NCBI GenBank assembly: GCA_037142555.1
Contig: JBAXAJ010000004.1
Location: 21,738 to 85,737, forward strand
Length of the DNA: 64,000 nucleotides
Source: Candidatus Shapirobacteria bacterium
GTDB taxonomy: Bacteria; Patescibacteriota; Microgenomatia; UBA12405
Direction of reading: 5' to 3'
Made by a program: the position numbers and the translations under genes. The stretch's first letter is position 1; each line of letters starts with the position of its first letter. Under the pieces are notes generated by a model. It was not told the DNA's origin, ran no database searches, and saw only the letters and a program-made list of their open reading frames with translations. Positions 9,259 to 19,288 of the stretch are shown piece after piece.

Positions 9259-9722
9259 TGAAAAACAAAAAAGGATTTACATTAATTGAATTATTAGTAG
9301 TCATTTCAATAATGGCGATTTTGACAATAATCATTGCAGCTTCATTTTCTTCGGCCCAAACTAAAGGTAGAGATATAAAAAGAAAATCGGAATTGAACAG
9401 TGTGTCTAAGGCTTTGCAAATGTATTACAATGATTATGGTTATTTCCCTACTGCTCTAGAGATAACTCCTGGTGGAAAGTTTGAAAAGGGTGATCCTTCT
9501 TATGTTTATATGGCGGAATTGCCAAAAGAAGTGGTGAAAACTATGCCAGAGTTTAACTATGAACCAACCCCAAGTGGTTGTGATAATAGTGTTACTAATA
9601 AATGTATTGCATATACACTATCAGCTGGACTGGAAAATAGAGATGATGTTCAGTGTAAAAAAAATAATAATAATGAATGTTTTTATTATTTATACAGTCC
9701 TAACTTCACACCTGCACTTTAG
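9258..9722 (+). CDS. Type IV pilin / GspG-like
   Basis: G|FTLIELLVV; GRDIKRKSEL...YYNDYGYFP. Confidence 0.9.
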   Translation: MKNKKGFTLIELLVVISIMAILTIIIAASFSSAQTKGRDIKRKSELNSVSKALQMYYNDYGYFPTALEITPGGKFEKGDPSYVYMAELPKEVVKTMPEFNYEPTPSGCDNSVTNKCIAYTLSAGLENRDDVQCKKNNNNECFYYLYSPNFTPAL

Positions 9723-9736
9723 TGTAGAATTAAATT

Positions 9737-10150
9737 ATGAAAATTATGAAAAATAAAAAAGGATTTACATTGATTGAAATGTTGGTGGTTATTTCAATAA
9801 TTGCTATTTTGACTGCTTTGATTTCTGTTTCTTTTTCGATGGCTCAAAAGAAAGCTAGAGATTCAAGAAGAATGCAGGATATGAAGTCACTTCAAACTGC
9901 GGCTGAACAATATTATTCTAGTAATGATAGTACTTATCCACTTAGTCTTGGTCTTCTTAGTGTAGATGGGTTATACATACAATCTATACCAAAGGATCCA
10001 AAAGATGGGACAGATTATAGTAACGATATGTCAGATACTGAATATTGTGTTTGTGCTCTTTTAGATGGAGCTTCAAATGCTAATAGTTCTAGTGGTTGTA
10101 AGATTAGTGATAAACCTGGAGATTATTTTTGTGTCTATCATCAACAATGA
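9737..10150 (+). CDS. Type IV pilin / GspG-like
   Basis: G|FTLIEMLVV; ARDSRRMQDM...PKDP. Confidence 0.9.
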   Translation: MKIMKNKKGFTLIEMLVVISIIAILTALISVSFSMAQKKARDSRRMQDMKSLQTAAEQYYSSNDSTYPLSLGLLSVDGLYIQSIPKDPKDGTDYSNDMSDTEYCVCALLDGASNANSSSGCKISDKPGDYFCVYHQQ

Positions 10151-10152
10151 TT

Positions 10153-10179
10153 ATCAAATTTCTAATTCCTAATTTCTAA
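10153..10179 (+). repeat. TTTCTAA heptamer repeat between pilin genes
   Basis: atcaaa-tttctaa-ttcctaa-tttctaa; the last A is the A of the ATG at 10179. Confidence 0.7.
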
Positions 10180-10580
10180 TGTCTAATAAAAAGAATGCTT
10201 TTACTCTGATTGAAATGTTAGTAGTGATAACAATCATTATTGTGTTGACGGCGATTGGAGTTGTTTCCTATTCAGCAGCTGGAGTTAAGGCTAGAGATGG
10301 AAGAAGAATGGCTGATTTGGAAAAAATTAGATTGGCTTTGGAAATGTATAGACAAACTAATCAAGTTTATCCGACAACTGGTACTGTCAAGGATGATTTG
10401 TCCCCTACTTATTTACAATCTTGGCCAGATGATCCAAAAAATTTTGGTTATGTATATTTTGACCCAACAAATTACACATATTCTTTGCTTGCACATATGG
10501 AAGATCCAAAATTGGCCAATCTGACAACAGGTCCTTCTTGTGGAGCAGATGTGTGTAATTATCAAGTTAAAAATCCATAA
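10179..10580 (+). CDS. Type IV pilin / GspG-like
   Basis: A|FTLIEMLVV; ARDGRRMADL...WPDDP. Confidence 0.9.
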   Translation: MSNKKNAFTLIEMLVVITIIIVLTAIGVVSYSAAGVKARDGRRMADLEKIRLALEMYRQTNQVYPTTGTVKDDLSPTYLQSWPDDPKNFGYVYFDPTNYTYSLLAHMEDPKLANLTTGPSCGADVCNYQVKNP

Positions 10581-10582
10581 AT

Positions 10583-11065
10583 ATGAAGGGTTTTACTTTA
10601 ATTGAATTGATGGTTTCGGTCACGATTATGGCGATTTTGCTTGGGGTTGGAGTGGTGTCTTTGAATAATTTCAATAATTCTCAAAAAGTGGAAACAACTA
10701 AAAATGAGTTAATTTCTAGTCTAAAATTGGCCAGAAATTATGCAATCACAATGCAATTGCCTAATGGAGTTAGTGGCACTTTGAATTATGTTCAAGTTGA
10801 TTTAAAAACAAATGGTCAGATTTCAGTTGATGCTTATGGAATTCTTGATGGTCAAAATACAACTATGAATATTGGACCTTATTTTTCTAAAGATATATCC
10901 CCTATTGGGGTGGATATTACTGTTACTAATATTATTAATTTTGCTTCATACAAAGGTGATTTAGTTTATCCAAATTATCCTGTTAGCATAATTATTAGTT
11001 CTAGTGAAGATCCTGATGATGCAGCAAAATCAATATTAATTGATAGTTCAGGTTTAATAAAATGA
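10583..11065 (+). CDS. Minor pilin, FimT/GspH-like
   Basis: G|FTLIELMVS; ELISSLKLARNYAI; C-terminal IDSSGLI. Confidence 0.82.
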   Translation: MKGFTLIELMVSVTIMAILLGVGVVSLNNFNNSQKVETTKNELISSLKLARNYAITMQLPNGVSGTLNYVQVDLKTNGQISVDAYGILDGQNTTMNIGPYFSKDISPIGVDITVTNIINFASYKGDLVYPNYPVSIIISSSEDPDDAAKSILIDSSGLIK

Positions 11066-11457
11066 GGGAAAATAGTTCTGGTCAAAGTTTAATTGAATTG
11101 ATTTTTGCGGTGGGAGTTGTAGTGATGGTGATAACGGGGATTGTGATTTTGATGGTGAACACGATTAACTCTAAAAGTAGAGGTTTTGATCAAAAAAAAG
11201 CGGTGGAATTGTCTAATGTGGTGATGGAAGATTTGATTAGCACAAAAAGGAATGATCCAGAAAAGTTTTGGAAATTAACAAATATTAGTGGTGCAACTGA
11301 TCCTAATTTTATTGGTTTTAAATATGATGTTGGGTTCACTAACAGAACTGACGTGGAATGTGAGGGTGGATATTGTGCTGATGCAATTGTGACTGTTACT
11401 AATTCTGGTGGGCAAACAAATGTTTCTCAGAGGTTTTTTTCAAGAAGTGGAAATTAA
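11062..11457 (+). CDS. Minor pilin, PilV/GspI-like
   Basis: G|QSLIELIFA signal; position in the minor-pilin series. Confidence 0.78.
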   Translation: MRENSSGQSLIELIFAVGVVVMVITGIVILMVNTINSKSRGFDQKKAVELSNVVMEDLISTKRNDPEKFWKLTNISGATDPNFIGFKYDVGFTNRTDVECEGGYCADAIVTVTNSGGQTNVSQRFFSRSGN

Positions 11458-11475
11458 ATACTATATAATTAATTA

Positions 11476-11988
11476 ATGATTAAAAAGTCTGGATTTACTT
11501 TGGTTGAACTTTTGGTGGTGACATCGATGATTGGTTTGATTTTGGTGGCGGTGGTTGGGGCTCTTTCTGGAACTTTTAGAACTCAAACTAAACTTGTTTT
11601 GTCCGATAAAGTCAATGAAAATGGAAGTTTTGCTTTGGAAGAAATCAGAAAAAATATTTTAAATATAAAATCTATTGGAAACACTGGCCCTACTAATCTA
11701 GGTTTCACTGGGATTGATGGCGGGAGTACAAATATTATTTGTAATCCAGACTATAAAAAAATTTCTTCAAGTTCTGCTAGTCGTTCTCAAGATATTGAAT
11801 TAATTAGCTCTATTGATTTAAAATTGGTTGATTGTACTAATTTTATAACTTACACTAAAAATATTGATGGAGTTGTCACTAATATAGATTTTAAATTTAC
11901 TTTAGGGGCTGGGGAAACACTTGCTGGTCCTCAGAATTATTATCAAAAGACATTCAACTCAAAAGTTACTTTAAGGAATCTAGAATAG
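11476..11988 (+). CDS. Minor pilin, PilW/GspJ-like
   Basis: G|FTLVELLVV; FALEEIRKNI; C-terminal VTLRN. Confidence 0.8.
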   Translation: MIKKSGFTLVELLVVTSMIGLILVAVVGALSGTFRTQTKLVLSDKVNENGSFALEEIRKNILNIKSIGNTGPTNLGFTGIDGGSTNIICNPDYKKISSSSASRSQDIELISSIDLKLVDCTNFITYTKNIDGVVTNIDFKFTLGAGETLAGPQNYYQKTFNSKVTLRNLE

Positions 11989-11990
11989 AT

Positions 11991-12018
11991 TTGCATTTTT
12001 TTAATAAAGGACTATAAT
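11991..12018 (+). promoter_or_regulatory. Putative sigma70 promoter for the 742-aa gene
   Basis: TTGCAT-16 nt-TATAAT, 20 nt upstream of ATG 12039. Confidence 0.5.
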
Positions 12019-12038
12019 TATTATATTTTTAAATAAAT

Positions 12039-14267
12039 ATGGGAAAAGAACAAAATAGTTTTGATCCAGGTTCAATAATTGATAGTAACAAAGGGAAAAT
12101 TGCTGCGGCAATGATTATTGCTAATATTGTGGTTCCAGGTGTTGCAGCTAATGCTGAATATGATCACCAAAATGTTCCTACAACTGAAACTGTGTCTTTT
12201 GACCCTGATTTTAATATTCAAACAAGATTTAAGAATAGTGTCAGAGAATTGATGTCTAGCTCTGAGTTACAATCTTCAACTGTGGCTAAATTCAAAATTG
12301 GTTCTAAGTCAATTTCGCTCAATGGGGCTAATCATAATTTAGATACAAGCATGCTTGCGACTAAAGGAATTGATAAGAAAACTGTTCCAGTTGGGCCAAT
12401 TAAATCAATCGCCGGTGACTTCTCTTTGACTGCTAGTTATGACAAAGCTAATAAAAAAATGACGATTAAAAGTGGAGATGTCACTATTAAACTTAAAGCT
12501 AATAATCGTTATTATTCGGAAACAAAGGATGGTCACACTTTAACTAAAAAATTAACTGTCCCCCCTTCTCTAACTAAAAGTGGAATTTTTATGGCTCCAA
12601 CTTCGGCTTTGAGCGAACTTGGAATTAAAACTGTTTATGATTCTAAAACTAAAACTGGAAGTCTAGAAAAAATATATAAATTGAGCCAAAAAATGGCTTA
12701 TGAAAATGCTTCAAAATATACTTTTGTTGATCCTGTTTCAGTTTCGATTGACACAAAAAACAATGCTTCGGTAGTTTATAAAAAAAATGTTGTTAATAAT
12801 TCTCTAGTTTCAGCTCTAAATCTGGAAAAATATGGCAAAGCTAAACATATTTATGCAGCTGAAAAAAGTGCTTATGTTTTTGATGGTACTAAATTGAAAC
12901 TTTATAAGAGAAGTAGCACTGGAAAAATTGTGGAAAATAATATAAGTTTGCCGGCTTCATTGACTAACACTGGCAAAATGGTGTGGTTAGAAGCTGAGGG
13001 CAGATCAGGGGTTTATGTAGTCAATAAAACTACTAACGAAATTATTTATCGACACGATGTTAATAATAGAACTTGGAATAAGGAATTAAGTCAAAGTAGC
13101 GCAGTTAATTTAGCTTGTAAATATATGGCTGGGGGTGAATTTTTGGACAAAAATGCCTTGAATTTTAAAGTCGAAACGGTTGACGGTGGTGTGACTAGAG
13201 TTTATGCTGGGCTTGAAGCGACTAGTGTGGAAAAAGCTTTATTTAATAAAGTCGCCACTAAATGCAAATATGGGGATGTGATGTATTCTTGGAATGGGAA
13301 AATTTGTGTGTTGGGTTTGGATAGTCAAAGGGTTTGGTTTGATAATAGTAAAAAAGTTAATGCAAAAATTTATGATAATAATTTAAATAAAAAAGATTAT
13401 TCTGGAGTGACAGGGCAATTTTTTTATCCTAATATTGAATTTAGACAAGATTTAGGTTTGTGTTTAAGTGATGGTAATCGAATTTGTTACAAATCTGATA
13501 ATAATGGCAAGTTTGTGGAATTGAATCAATATTTAGCAACTGGAACAAAAGAAGAAATTGCCACTAGAGTTGAGAGAGGAGTTGACAAAGATCAATATTT
13601 AGGTGGTAAATTTAATAAAAAGGTTTGGTTAAATGATGCTAATGGTGATAAGGCGATTTGTTTATTGATTGGAGGTGAACGAGGAATGCCGGCTAGATAT
13701 GAAGAAGTGTGGAGAAATGGGGTGGCCAGATGTAATGAAATTGATCCAAATTTAATGGAAAAGATGGTTGAACAATATGGCTTAAATGTTATTTCTAACG
13801 TCCCTGAAAGTAGCAATACAGGACAAGATGCAAATTTTGTGAGAAGTGGTTTTGGAGGAATGATTTATTATAATTGTTGGCCGAAAGAAGATTCGACTGT
13901 TGATAATTTGACTTGCAATATTCCTGAGTTAATTATAGTTGAAAGTAGGGGTTTATATAATACAGATCATAATATTTTTAATGGGATAAAATGGCAATTT
14001 AATATTAATGATAAAGTGGTGGAAACTAATGATGTTGGGATTGAAAAACAAGCTTATGCAGCTGTTCAGTTAGAAGAATATGCTAGTGTTCCAGAAAATA
14101 AAAGAATAAAGTTTGATGAAAATAAGAAAGTTACTTTAGAAGAAGTTAATGCTGTTTATAATAGTCTAGTTATTAGTCCTGATTATATGGTTGGTAAATT
14201 AAAATATGCAGAATTTGTTGCCATAGGAACAGCTATTGGTGGGTATAATTTTTATGTAGAAGGATGA
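12039..14267 (+). CDS. Secreted protein with a copper-amine-oxidase N-terminal (stalk)-like domain
   Basis: Signal-like IAAAMIIANIVVPGVAANA; KFKIGSKSISLNG...VPV...SYDKANKKMTI...VPP...FMAP...LGIKTVYDSKTKT resembles Cu_amine_oxidN1; remainder unrecognised. Confidence 0.6.
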   Translation: MGKEQNSFDPGSIIDSNKGKIAAAMIIANIVVPGVAANAEYDHQNVPTTETVSFDPDFNIQTRFKNSVRELMSSSELQSSTVAKFKIGSKSISLNGANHNLDTSMLATKGIDKKTVPVGPIKSIAGDFSLTASYDKANKKMTIKSGDVTIKLKANNRYYSETKDGHTLTKKLTVPPSLTKSGIFMAPTSALSELGIKTVYDSKTKTGSLEKIYKLSQKMAYENASKYTFVDPVSVSIDTKNNASVVYKKNVVNNSLVSALNLEKYGKAKHIYAAEKSAYVFDGTKLKLYKRSSTGKIVENNISLPASLTNTGKMVWLEAEGRSGVYVVNKTTNEIIYRHDVNNRTWNKELSQSSAVNLACKYMAGGEFLDKNALNFKVETVDGGVTRVYAGLEATSVEKALFNKVATKCKYGDVMYSWNGKICVLGLDSQRVWFDNSKKVNAKIYDNNLNKKDYSGVTGQFFYPNIEFRQDLGLCLSDGNRICYKSDNNGKFVELNQYLATGTKEEIATRVERGVDKDQYLGGKFNKKVWLNDANGDKAICLLIGGERGMPARYEEVWRNGVARCNEIDPNLMEKMVEQYGLNVISNVPESSNTGQDANFVRSGFGGMIYYNCWPKEDSTVDNLTCNIPELIIVESRGLYNTDHNIFNGIKWQFNINDKVVETNDVGIEKQAYAAVQLEEYASVPENKRIKFDENKKVTLEEVNAVYNSLVISPDYMVGKLKYAEFVAIGTAIGGYNFYVEG

Positions 14268-14322
14268 ATTTAGGGAAGTAAGCATTTACTTTTAGATTGG
14301 GATTGTATATTATTTATGTATA

Positions 14323-15471
14323 ATGCTGAGTAAAATTAAGCCTGTCTATTTGTATATTGTTTTGGTGCTTTTGGTGGTGTTTATTGTTGTATTAGTGACT
14401 GTAAATTTTTATTTTAAAGGCAATCAAAAAAAGTCCGTTAAACTAGTGAATAATACTTCCTCACCAGTAACATTGACCGAAGCTGAAGTAGTTAAAAAAA
14501 CTATTAAGTGGTTAGATGGCCAAAGAAACGATATGGGGTTGTATCCACATAGTTGTGTTTGTACCACAAAAGAATGTATTGCTTGTGTGAAAAATGATAT
14601 TAGTTGGAGAGAAGGCCCTTTTATGATTTGGGGTCGATACAAATATTACCAAAAAACAGGTAATATTTCTGATTTGACAAAAATAAATCAAGAACTTGAA
14701 ATACTATCCAAAAAACCAATGCAATTTGAAGATTGGAATTGTCGAATATTATTGGATTTATGGAATAATAATAAGTTAAGTAAGGAAACTAAACAAAAAG
14801 TTGTAAATTTGTGTGCCAATGATGGCCGGGTTTCAGTTAATATCGATTTTATTAAGAATTTGGATCAAATAGATTCTGACATAAATATTGATGATATTAA
14901 TGAAAATATTTCAAAAATTATGTCAAATCAGTTAATCGTAATAGATAAAAACTTATATAACTCTGATATTTTAAAAACTAATTTTTCAAAAAATTCATTT
15001 TTTACTTCTGAAAATATTGCTAAAAAAATAATTTTGTCTAAAAATGATAAAACTAATGAAGTTAAATTAAGTGATTCTAATAATATAAAATCCCCCTTTA
15101 AATTTGCGCTTTATGGATATAGCTTATTAAATTCAACTCCTAGTGTTTATAATAATGCGGTTTTAGGAATTGCAGCTTTGGATATGTATCATTATTACAA
15201 CGATAAAGTTTATCTAGATTTAGCTCAACATTTATATTCTCAAAGTAAAACTTTGGAAGTAAAATCTGATTATTTTGGATTAATGTATCAATCTTTTTTC
15301 TTGACCGAATTGAATAAAGAAAATAAACAAAAAGAAAATGATGATCAAATAGGTAAAAATATGACTGTCTTAATTAATAATTTTTATAATAAAAATTTAA
15401 ATGCTTTTATGAATAGAGATTTATTGAATGTAAAGGAAAATTGGTTAATTATTGGATTATTAGAAAGATGA
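14323..15471 (+). CDS. Membrane-anchored extracellular hypothetical protein, possible alpha/alpha toroid
   Basis: N-terminal TM helix; KWLDGQRNDMGLY, YYQKTGN..DL and MYHYYNDKVYLDLA are helical-repeat-like motifs. Confidence 0.55.
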   Translation: MLSKIKPVYLYIVLVLLVVFIVVLVTVNFYFKGNQKKSVKLVNNTSSPVTLTEAEVVKKTIKWLDGQRNDMGLYPHSCVCTTKECIACVKNDISWREGPFMIWGRYKYYQKTGNISDLTKINQELEILSKKPMQFEDWNCRILLDLWNNNKLSKETKQKVVNLCANDGRVSVNIDFIKNLDQIDSDINIDDINENISKIMSNQLIVIDKNLYNSDILKTNFSKNSFFTSENIAKKIILSKNDKTNEVKLSDSNNIKSPFKFALYGYSLLNSTPSVYNNAVLGIAALDMYHYYNDKVYLDLAQHLYSQSKTLEVKSDYFGLMYQSFFLTELNKENKQKENDDQIGKNMTVLINNFYNKNLNAFMNRDLLNVKENWLIIGLLER

Positions 15472-18400
15472 ATTTTTTTAAAAAAATATTATTTATATTA
15501 GCATTATTATTGTTTTTTATTGGTGGGGTTAAAAACTCTTTGGCTTATGGAACGTGTTCGAAGAATTCTAAATGTCAACCAAGTAATGAAGGTTGTGTAA
15601 GTAGTTCGTTGGCAGGTGTTTGTGGTTTTAGTGGTAACACTGGTTGTGCTAAGGCTGGTTATCCTTATCAAGCTTGTAATCCAACTGGATGTGCTAATGG
15701 TTATACTACAGTGTCGAATGATAATATGGCTCATACTATATCTTGTGGTTGTTGTAGTAATACAGGAGACACTTCTGCGGACACAATAGTTTGTTATAGA
15801 AAGACTTGTAGTCAAGCTGAAGGGACATCTTGTTATGACAGTCCTGTAAATGGTGTAGTTCCGACTAGTTGTAGCCAATATGGAACTTCTTATGCTCCTG
15901 GTTTTGATTATGTTGCTCGTGATGGAACTTGTCCAACTAATAAGATTTGTTGTGAAAAATTAGACCTTTGCAAAGATAGTGGTATGTGTTTGAATGGAAT
16001 TAATTGTGGTGCTGATGGTTGTAGTTGTACTACTACTAAAGGTATTGCTTGGAATCTTGGTTATGATAGCAGTAGAACATGTACTAGTACACAAAAATTT
16101 TGGAAGTGTAATACGGCCATGAATGGTACTTGTGGCTCAACTAATGATTATTATTTCCCTAGTGAGGGTAGTCCCCAATATGGTCCAGCGCCAAATTATA
16201 CCAAGATTTGGAGCACACAAGCAGAATGTGAGCTTAATTGTTGTGATCTTAGTAAGAATAACTGGACTGATAGACAATGTGTAAAAAAACAGCCGTCTTC
16301 TTGTTCTAATGCTGATAGTCATTGTTTAGGTGTGGGTTATACTCAAGATGCTACTAGCACCACTACAGCTAATGACACTTGTCATGGAAAAAAAGTAGAT
16401 ACAACGCCAACTTGTGGAATTGCTAATAACCATTCTTTTTCATTTACTCCACCGATATCAAGTTTGTGTAGTAATGGAACATTTAATAGCTTGACAGACC
16501 ATGGAGGTGCTTGGACTTGGGCTTGTAACGGTACTAATGATTGTGGTGCATCTAAGACTGTTAATTGTGGAACAGACGCAATAAACAATCTGCCAGAATG
16601 TACTTGTGATTCAAGCATTGCTGCTGGTGTTTGTAGTGGTCATACTTTTAATCAGCCGGCAGTCACTGGTAATTGTAAAACTAAATTTGATTGTCCTGGA
16701 ACAAAAACTGCAGTAAATGCTTATTGTAGTAGTGGTTCTTGTTCTCCACAGTGTGGCCAATGGAATAATGCTACATGTCTACCTGGGAATGATTGTGGGA
16801 CACAGTGTGGTAATCTTAGTTGTGGTGGTTCATGTGGGACTTCCGACACTGGTAGTCCAGGAATGACGACCCTGTCATCCCCTGTGGAGACAATAATAAG
16901 TCCAAAAGTTTATGCTTCGGGAGTTTCGGTTGTATCTTTAAATTGGCTTAAAAATTCTGATTCCAAAGCGAGTTATTATAATATTGGAGTGTGGCATGAT
17001 GAACCAGGGAAACCGGATATAAGAGATTTAGATTTTGATACGAGTGATATTAATACTGTTTCGACTAAAACTGGTTTCTTAACTCCTGGGGTGCTTTATC
17101 GTTGGGGTGTAAATACAAAAAATATTACTTGTCTGGGTTATATTTATAGTGGTATTTATGAAAGTGGTTGGTCAACTTTGGGTTATTTTAAGAGAAGTGA
17201 GACATCAATAACAACACCAACTTTAACTTTTAATAATTTTATTGGAGAAGTTGTCCCCCCTGACAGTACTGATAAAAACCATATTTGTCAGTCTGAATTT
17301 AAAAATGGGACTGATCAAATTATTAGCGTGATTGCCACTTCTAGTGATACTAATGCAGTATCAGCTTATTTAAGAATGAATAATAATAGTAGTAATCCTC
17401 TATTGATTGGGCCTGTTTCTTATATTAATAATAAAGCTATTTTCCCTATTAAAGATGATGGTTCTTCCTATACATCAGATCCTTATAATGTAGTGGCTTA
17501 TTCAGTCAATAATTTAGGTGAGACTTCACCAGATTCTGGGAGTAAGGTGTTAAAGATTTGGAATTGTGAGGTTGGGGTTGGAGGAAGTTTTAAAAAAGGT
17601 ATTGATAATAATCCATTTACAGATTTCACTAATTTAACTCCATTAAAATTCAATGAAATTACTATGAATATTGATGAACTTAATTCTAATTATAATGGGA
17701 TTCTTATTTTTGGAAATACTTATAATTATTCTTTTAAAAAAAATAACTTTAAAGGCACTTCTTCTATGGAAGTTAGTGATATAAATGGATATTTTACCCC
17801 TAAAGACAAATTACTTATAGATAGTAATATTACTAATCCTTATTTACAGACTCATACTGTTTCTGCTAACTTTATTTTATATCCTTATAGTGACCCTTGG
17901 TGGCAGACGGATGGAAATGTTTTGGTAAAGAATGAAATTAAAAATAATATTCCTAGTGATAAAAATATCTCTACTCGTGGTTTAGTTGCAGCTACTGCTG
18001 GGAATATAACTAATAATTTATCTTTTGTTGGTGATTTGAACGATAATAATAATGGTTATGAATATTTTTATAAAAATTATTATGTTAATTTAGGGCAAGG
18101 TGTGACTGCCACTACTGTTGGAACTGGACAAACAGGAGTTGTTTTTATCCAAGATTTAGATATAAATAATGATATTACTATCAATAATGATCAATTTTTG
18201 ATGGTGGTGGTTAAAGGCAATATTAATATTGGGGTTGGAGTAAGTAAAATTGATGGTATTTATGTGGCAAATGGAAATATTAATATTAATGGAAAATCAG
18301 ACCAGCAATTAAATATTAATGGATCTTTATACTCTTCAATTAATAGTATAAATATAACTCGAGGGTTTACTACTGAAAGTAAAAATAATACTGACCCAGC

Positions 18401-18488
18401 AGTTAATATTAAATATAATCCAGGATTATTGTTTACAATGCCAGGTAAATTGATGAAAGTCTTATCTGGTTGGAAACAAGGAATTTAA
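15468..18488 (+). CDS. Large secreted cysteine-rich protein, candidate pilus adhesin
   Basis: Signal peptide MNFFKKILFIL...SLA; ATGA overlap with the upstream gene; about 50 Cys in the first ~460 aa (hand count); FN3/Ig-like middle; beta-helix-like tail (VKGNINIG...DGIYVA...INGSL...YNP). Confidence 0.7.
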   Translation: MNFFKKILFILALLLFFIGGVKNSLAYGTCSKNSKCQPSNEGCVSSSLAGVCGFSGNTGCAKAGYPYQACNPTGCANGYTTVSNDNMAHTISCGCCSNTGDTSADTIVCYRKTCSQAEGTSCYDSPVNGVVPTSCSQYGTSYAPGFDYVARDGTCPTNKICCEKLDLCKDSGMCLNGINCGADGCSCTTTKGIAWNLGYDSSRTCTSTQKFWKCNTAMNGTCGSTNDYYFPSEGSPQYGPAPNYTKIWSTQAECELNCCDLSKNNWTDRQCVKKQPSSCSNADSHCLGVGYTQDATSTTTANDTCHGKKVDTTPTCGIANNHSFSFTPPISSLCSNGTFNSLTDHGGAWTWACNGTNDCGASKTVNCGTDAINNLPECTCDSSIAAGVCSGHTFNQPAVTGNCKTKFDCPGTKTAVNAYCSSGSCSPQCGQWNNATCLPGNDCGTQCGNLSCGGSCGTSDTGSPGMTTLSSPVETIISPKVYASGVSVVSLNWLKNSDSKASYYNIGVWHDEPGKPDIRDLDFDTSDINTVSTKTGFLTPGVLYRWGVNTKNITCLGYIYSGIYESGWSTLGYFKRSETSITTPTLTFNNFIGEVVPPDSTDKNHICQSEFKNGTDQIISVIATSSDTNAVSAYLRMNNNSSNPLLIGPVSYINNKAIFPIKDDGSSYTSDPYNVVAYSVNNLGETSPDSGSKVLKIWNCEVGVGGSFKKGIDNNPFTDFTNLTPLKFNEITMNIDELNSNYNGILIFGNTYNYSFKKNNFKGTSSMEVSDINGYFTPKDKLLIDSNITNPYLQTHTVSANFILYPYSDPWWQTDGNVLVKNEIKNNIPSDKNISTRGLVAATAGNITNNLSFVGDLNDNNNGYEYFYKNYYVNLGQGVTATTVGTGQTGVVFIQDLDINNDITINNDQFLMVVVKGNINIGVGVSKIDGIYVANGNININGKSDQQLNINGSLYSSINSINITRGFTTESKNNTDPAVNIKYNPGLLFTMPGKLMKVLSGWKQGI

Positions 18489-18491
18489 ATT

Positions 18492-19265
18492 ATGAATATT
18501 TTAAACATAAGAAAAAAAAGTGGGGGTCAAGTAGTTTTAATAGTTTTATTGGCTTCAGCTGTGCTTTTAACTTTGGGTTTGTCGGTTTCAAAAAAAGCCA
18601 CAACTGATGTCAAAATTGATACTGATCAAGAATTGTTGAAAAAAGCTTTTAACAGTGCTGAATCTGGAATTGATTATTTTTTAGGAACTGGGAAAACTAA
18701 TTATACCGAAACTAAAAGCACAGTTAAGGTTGATGTAAAATCAGTCGGAGTCAGTGCTTCAATTGATTCTGGAACAAAAATTTCTAGTGGAAATCCTTTT
18801 TTATTTTGGTTAGTTGATCATTTCCCTAATGGAGATATTGGAGCTAGCTATTATAAGGGAACTGTTAATTTATGTGCTGATTCAAGTTTTAATGGGGCAC
18901 TAAAAATTGATTATTACTATAATGATGGTTCTTCTTATAAAGTATTAACAAGAGTTTATAATACTGGGACAAACACAGTGATTGGAGCAATTCAAGATGG
19001 TTTTAATTCTATTAAGTGTATAACTTTGACTGATTTATTAAATGGTAATTCTCTTTTATTAGCAGTTATGCCCATTGGGGATCAGACAAAATTAACTCTT
19101 AATAATGGTGGTCTTGGGCAGGATTTTCCGTTACAAGGTCAAGACATTACTTCAACTGGAAATGTGGGGGGGGTGAACTCTCAAGTTAAAGTTAGTAAGA
19201 GATATAAAGTGCCTAGTTTTATGCTTAACTCAATCACTGCTGGAGGTAGTGTGTTGAATCAGTAG
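18492..19265 (+). CDS. PilX/GspK-like minor pilin
   Basis: G|QVVLIVLL (no Glu5), AFNSAESGID motif, DITSTG near the C-terminus. Confidence 0.8.
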   Translation: MNILNIRKKSGGQVVLIVLLASAVLLTLGLSVSKKATTDVKIDTDQELLKKAFNSAESGIDYFLGTGKTNYTETKSTVKVDVKSVGVSASIDSGTKISSGNPFLFWLVDHFPNGDIGASYYKGTVNLCADSSFNGALKIDYYYNDGSSYKVLTRVYNTGTNTVIGAIQDGFNSIKCITLTDLLNGNSLLLAVMPIGDQTKLTLNNGGLGQDFPLQGQDITSTGNVGGVNSQVKVSKRYKVPSFMLNSITAGGSVLNQ

Positions 19266-19288
19266 TCAAATTTGGTTACACTTAAATC

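Noticed and set aside
7971-10580. Pilin array as silent cassettes for antigenic variation or a DGR target
   Set aside because: All are full-length ORFs with N-terminal helices and divergent DNA; no template/variable repeat pair was noticed.
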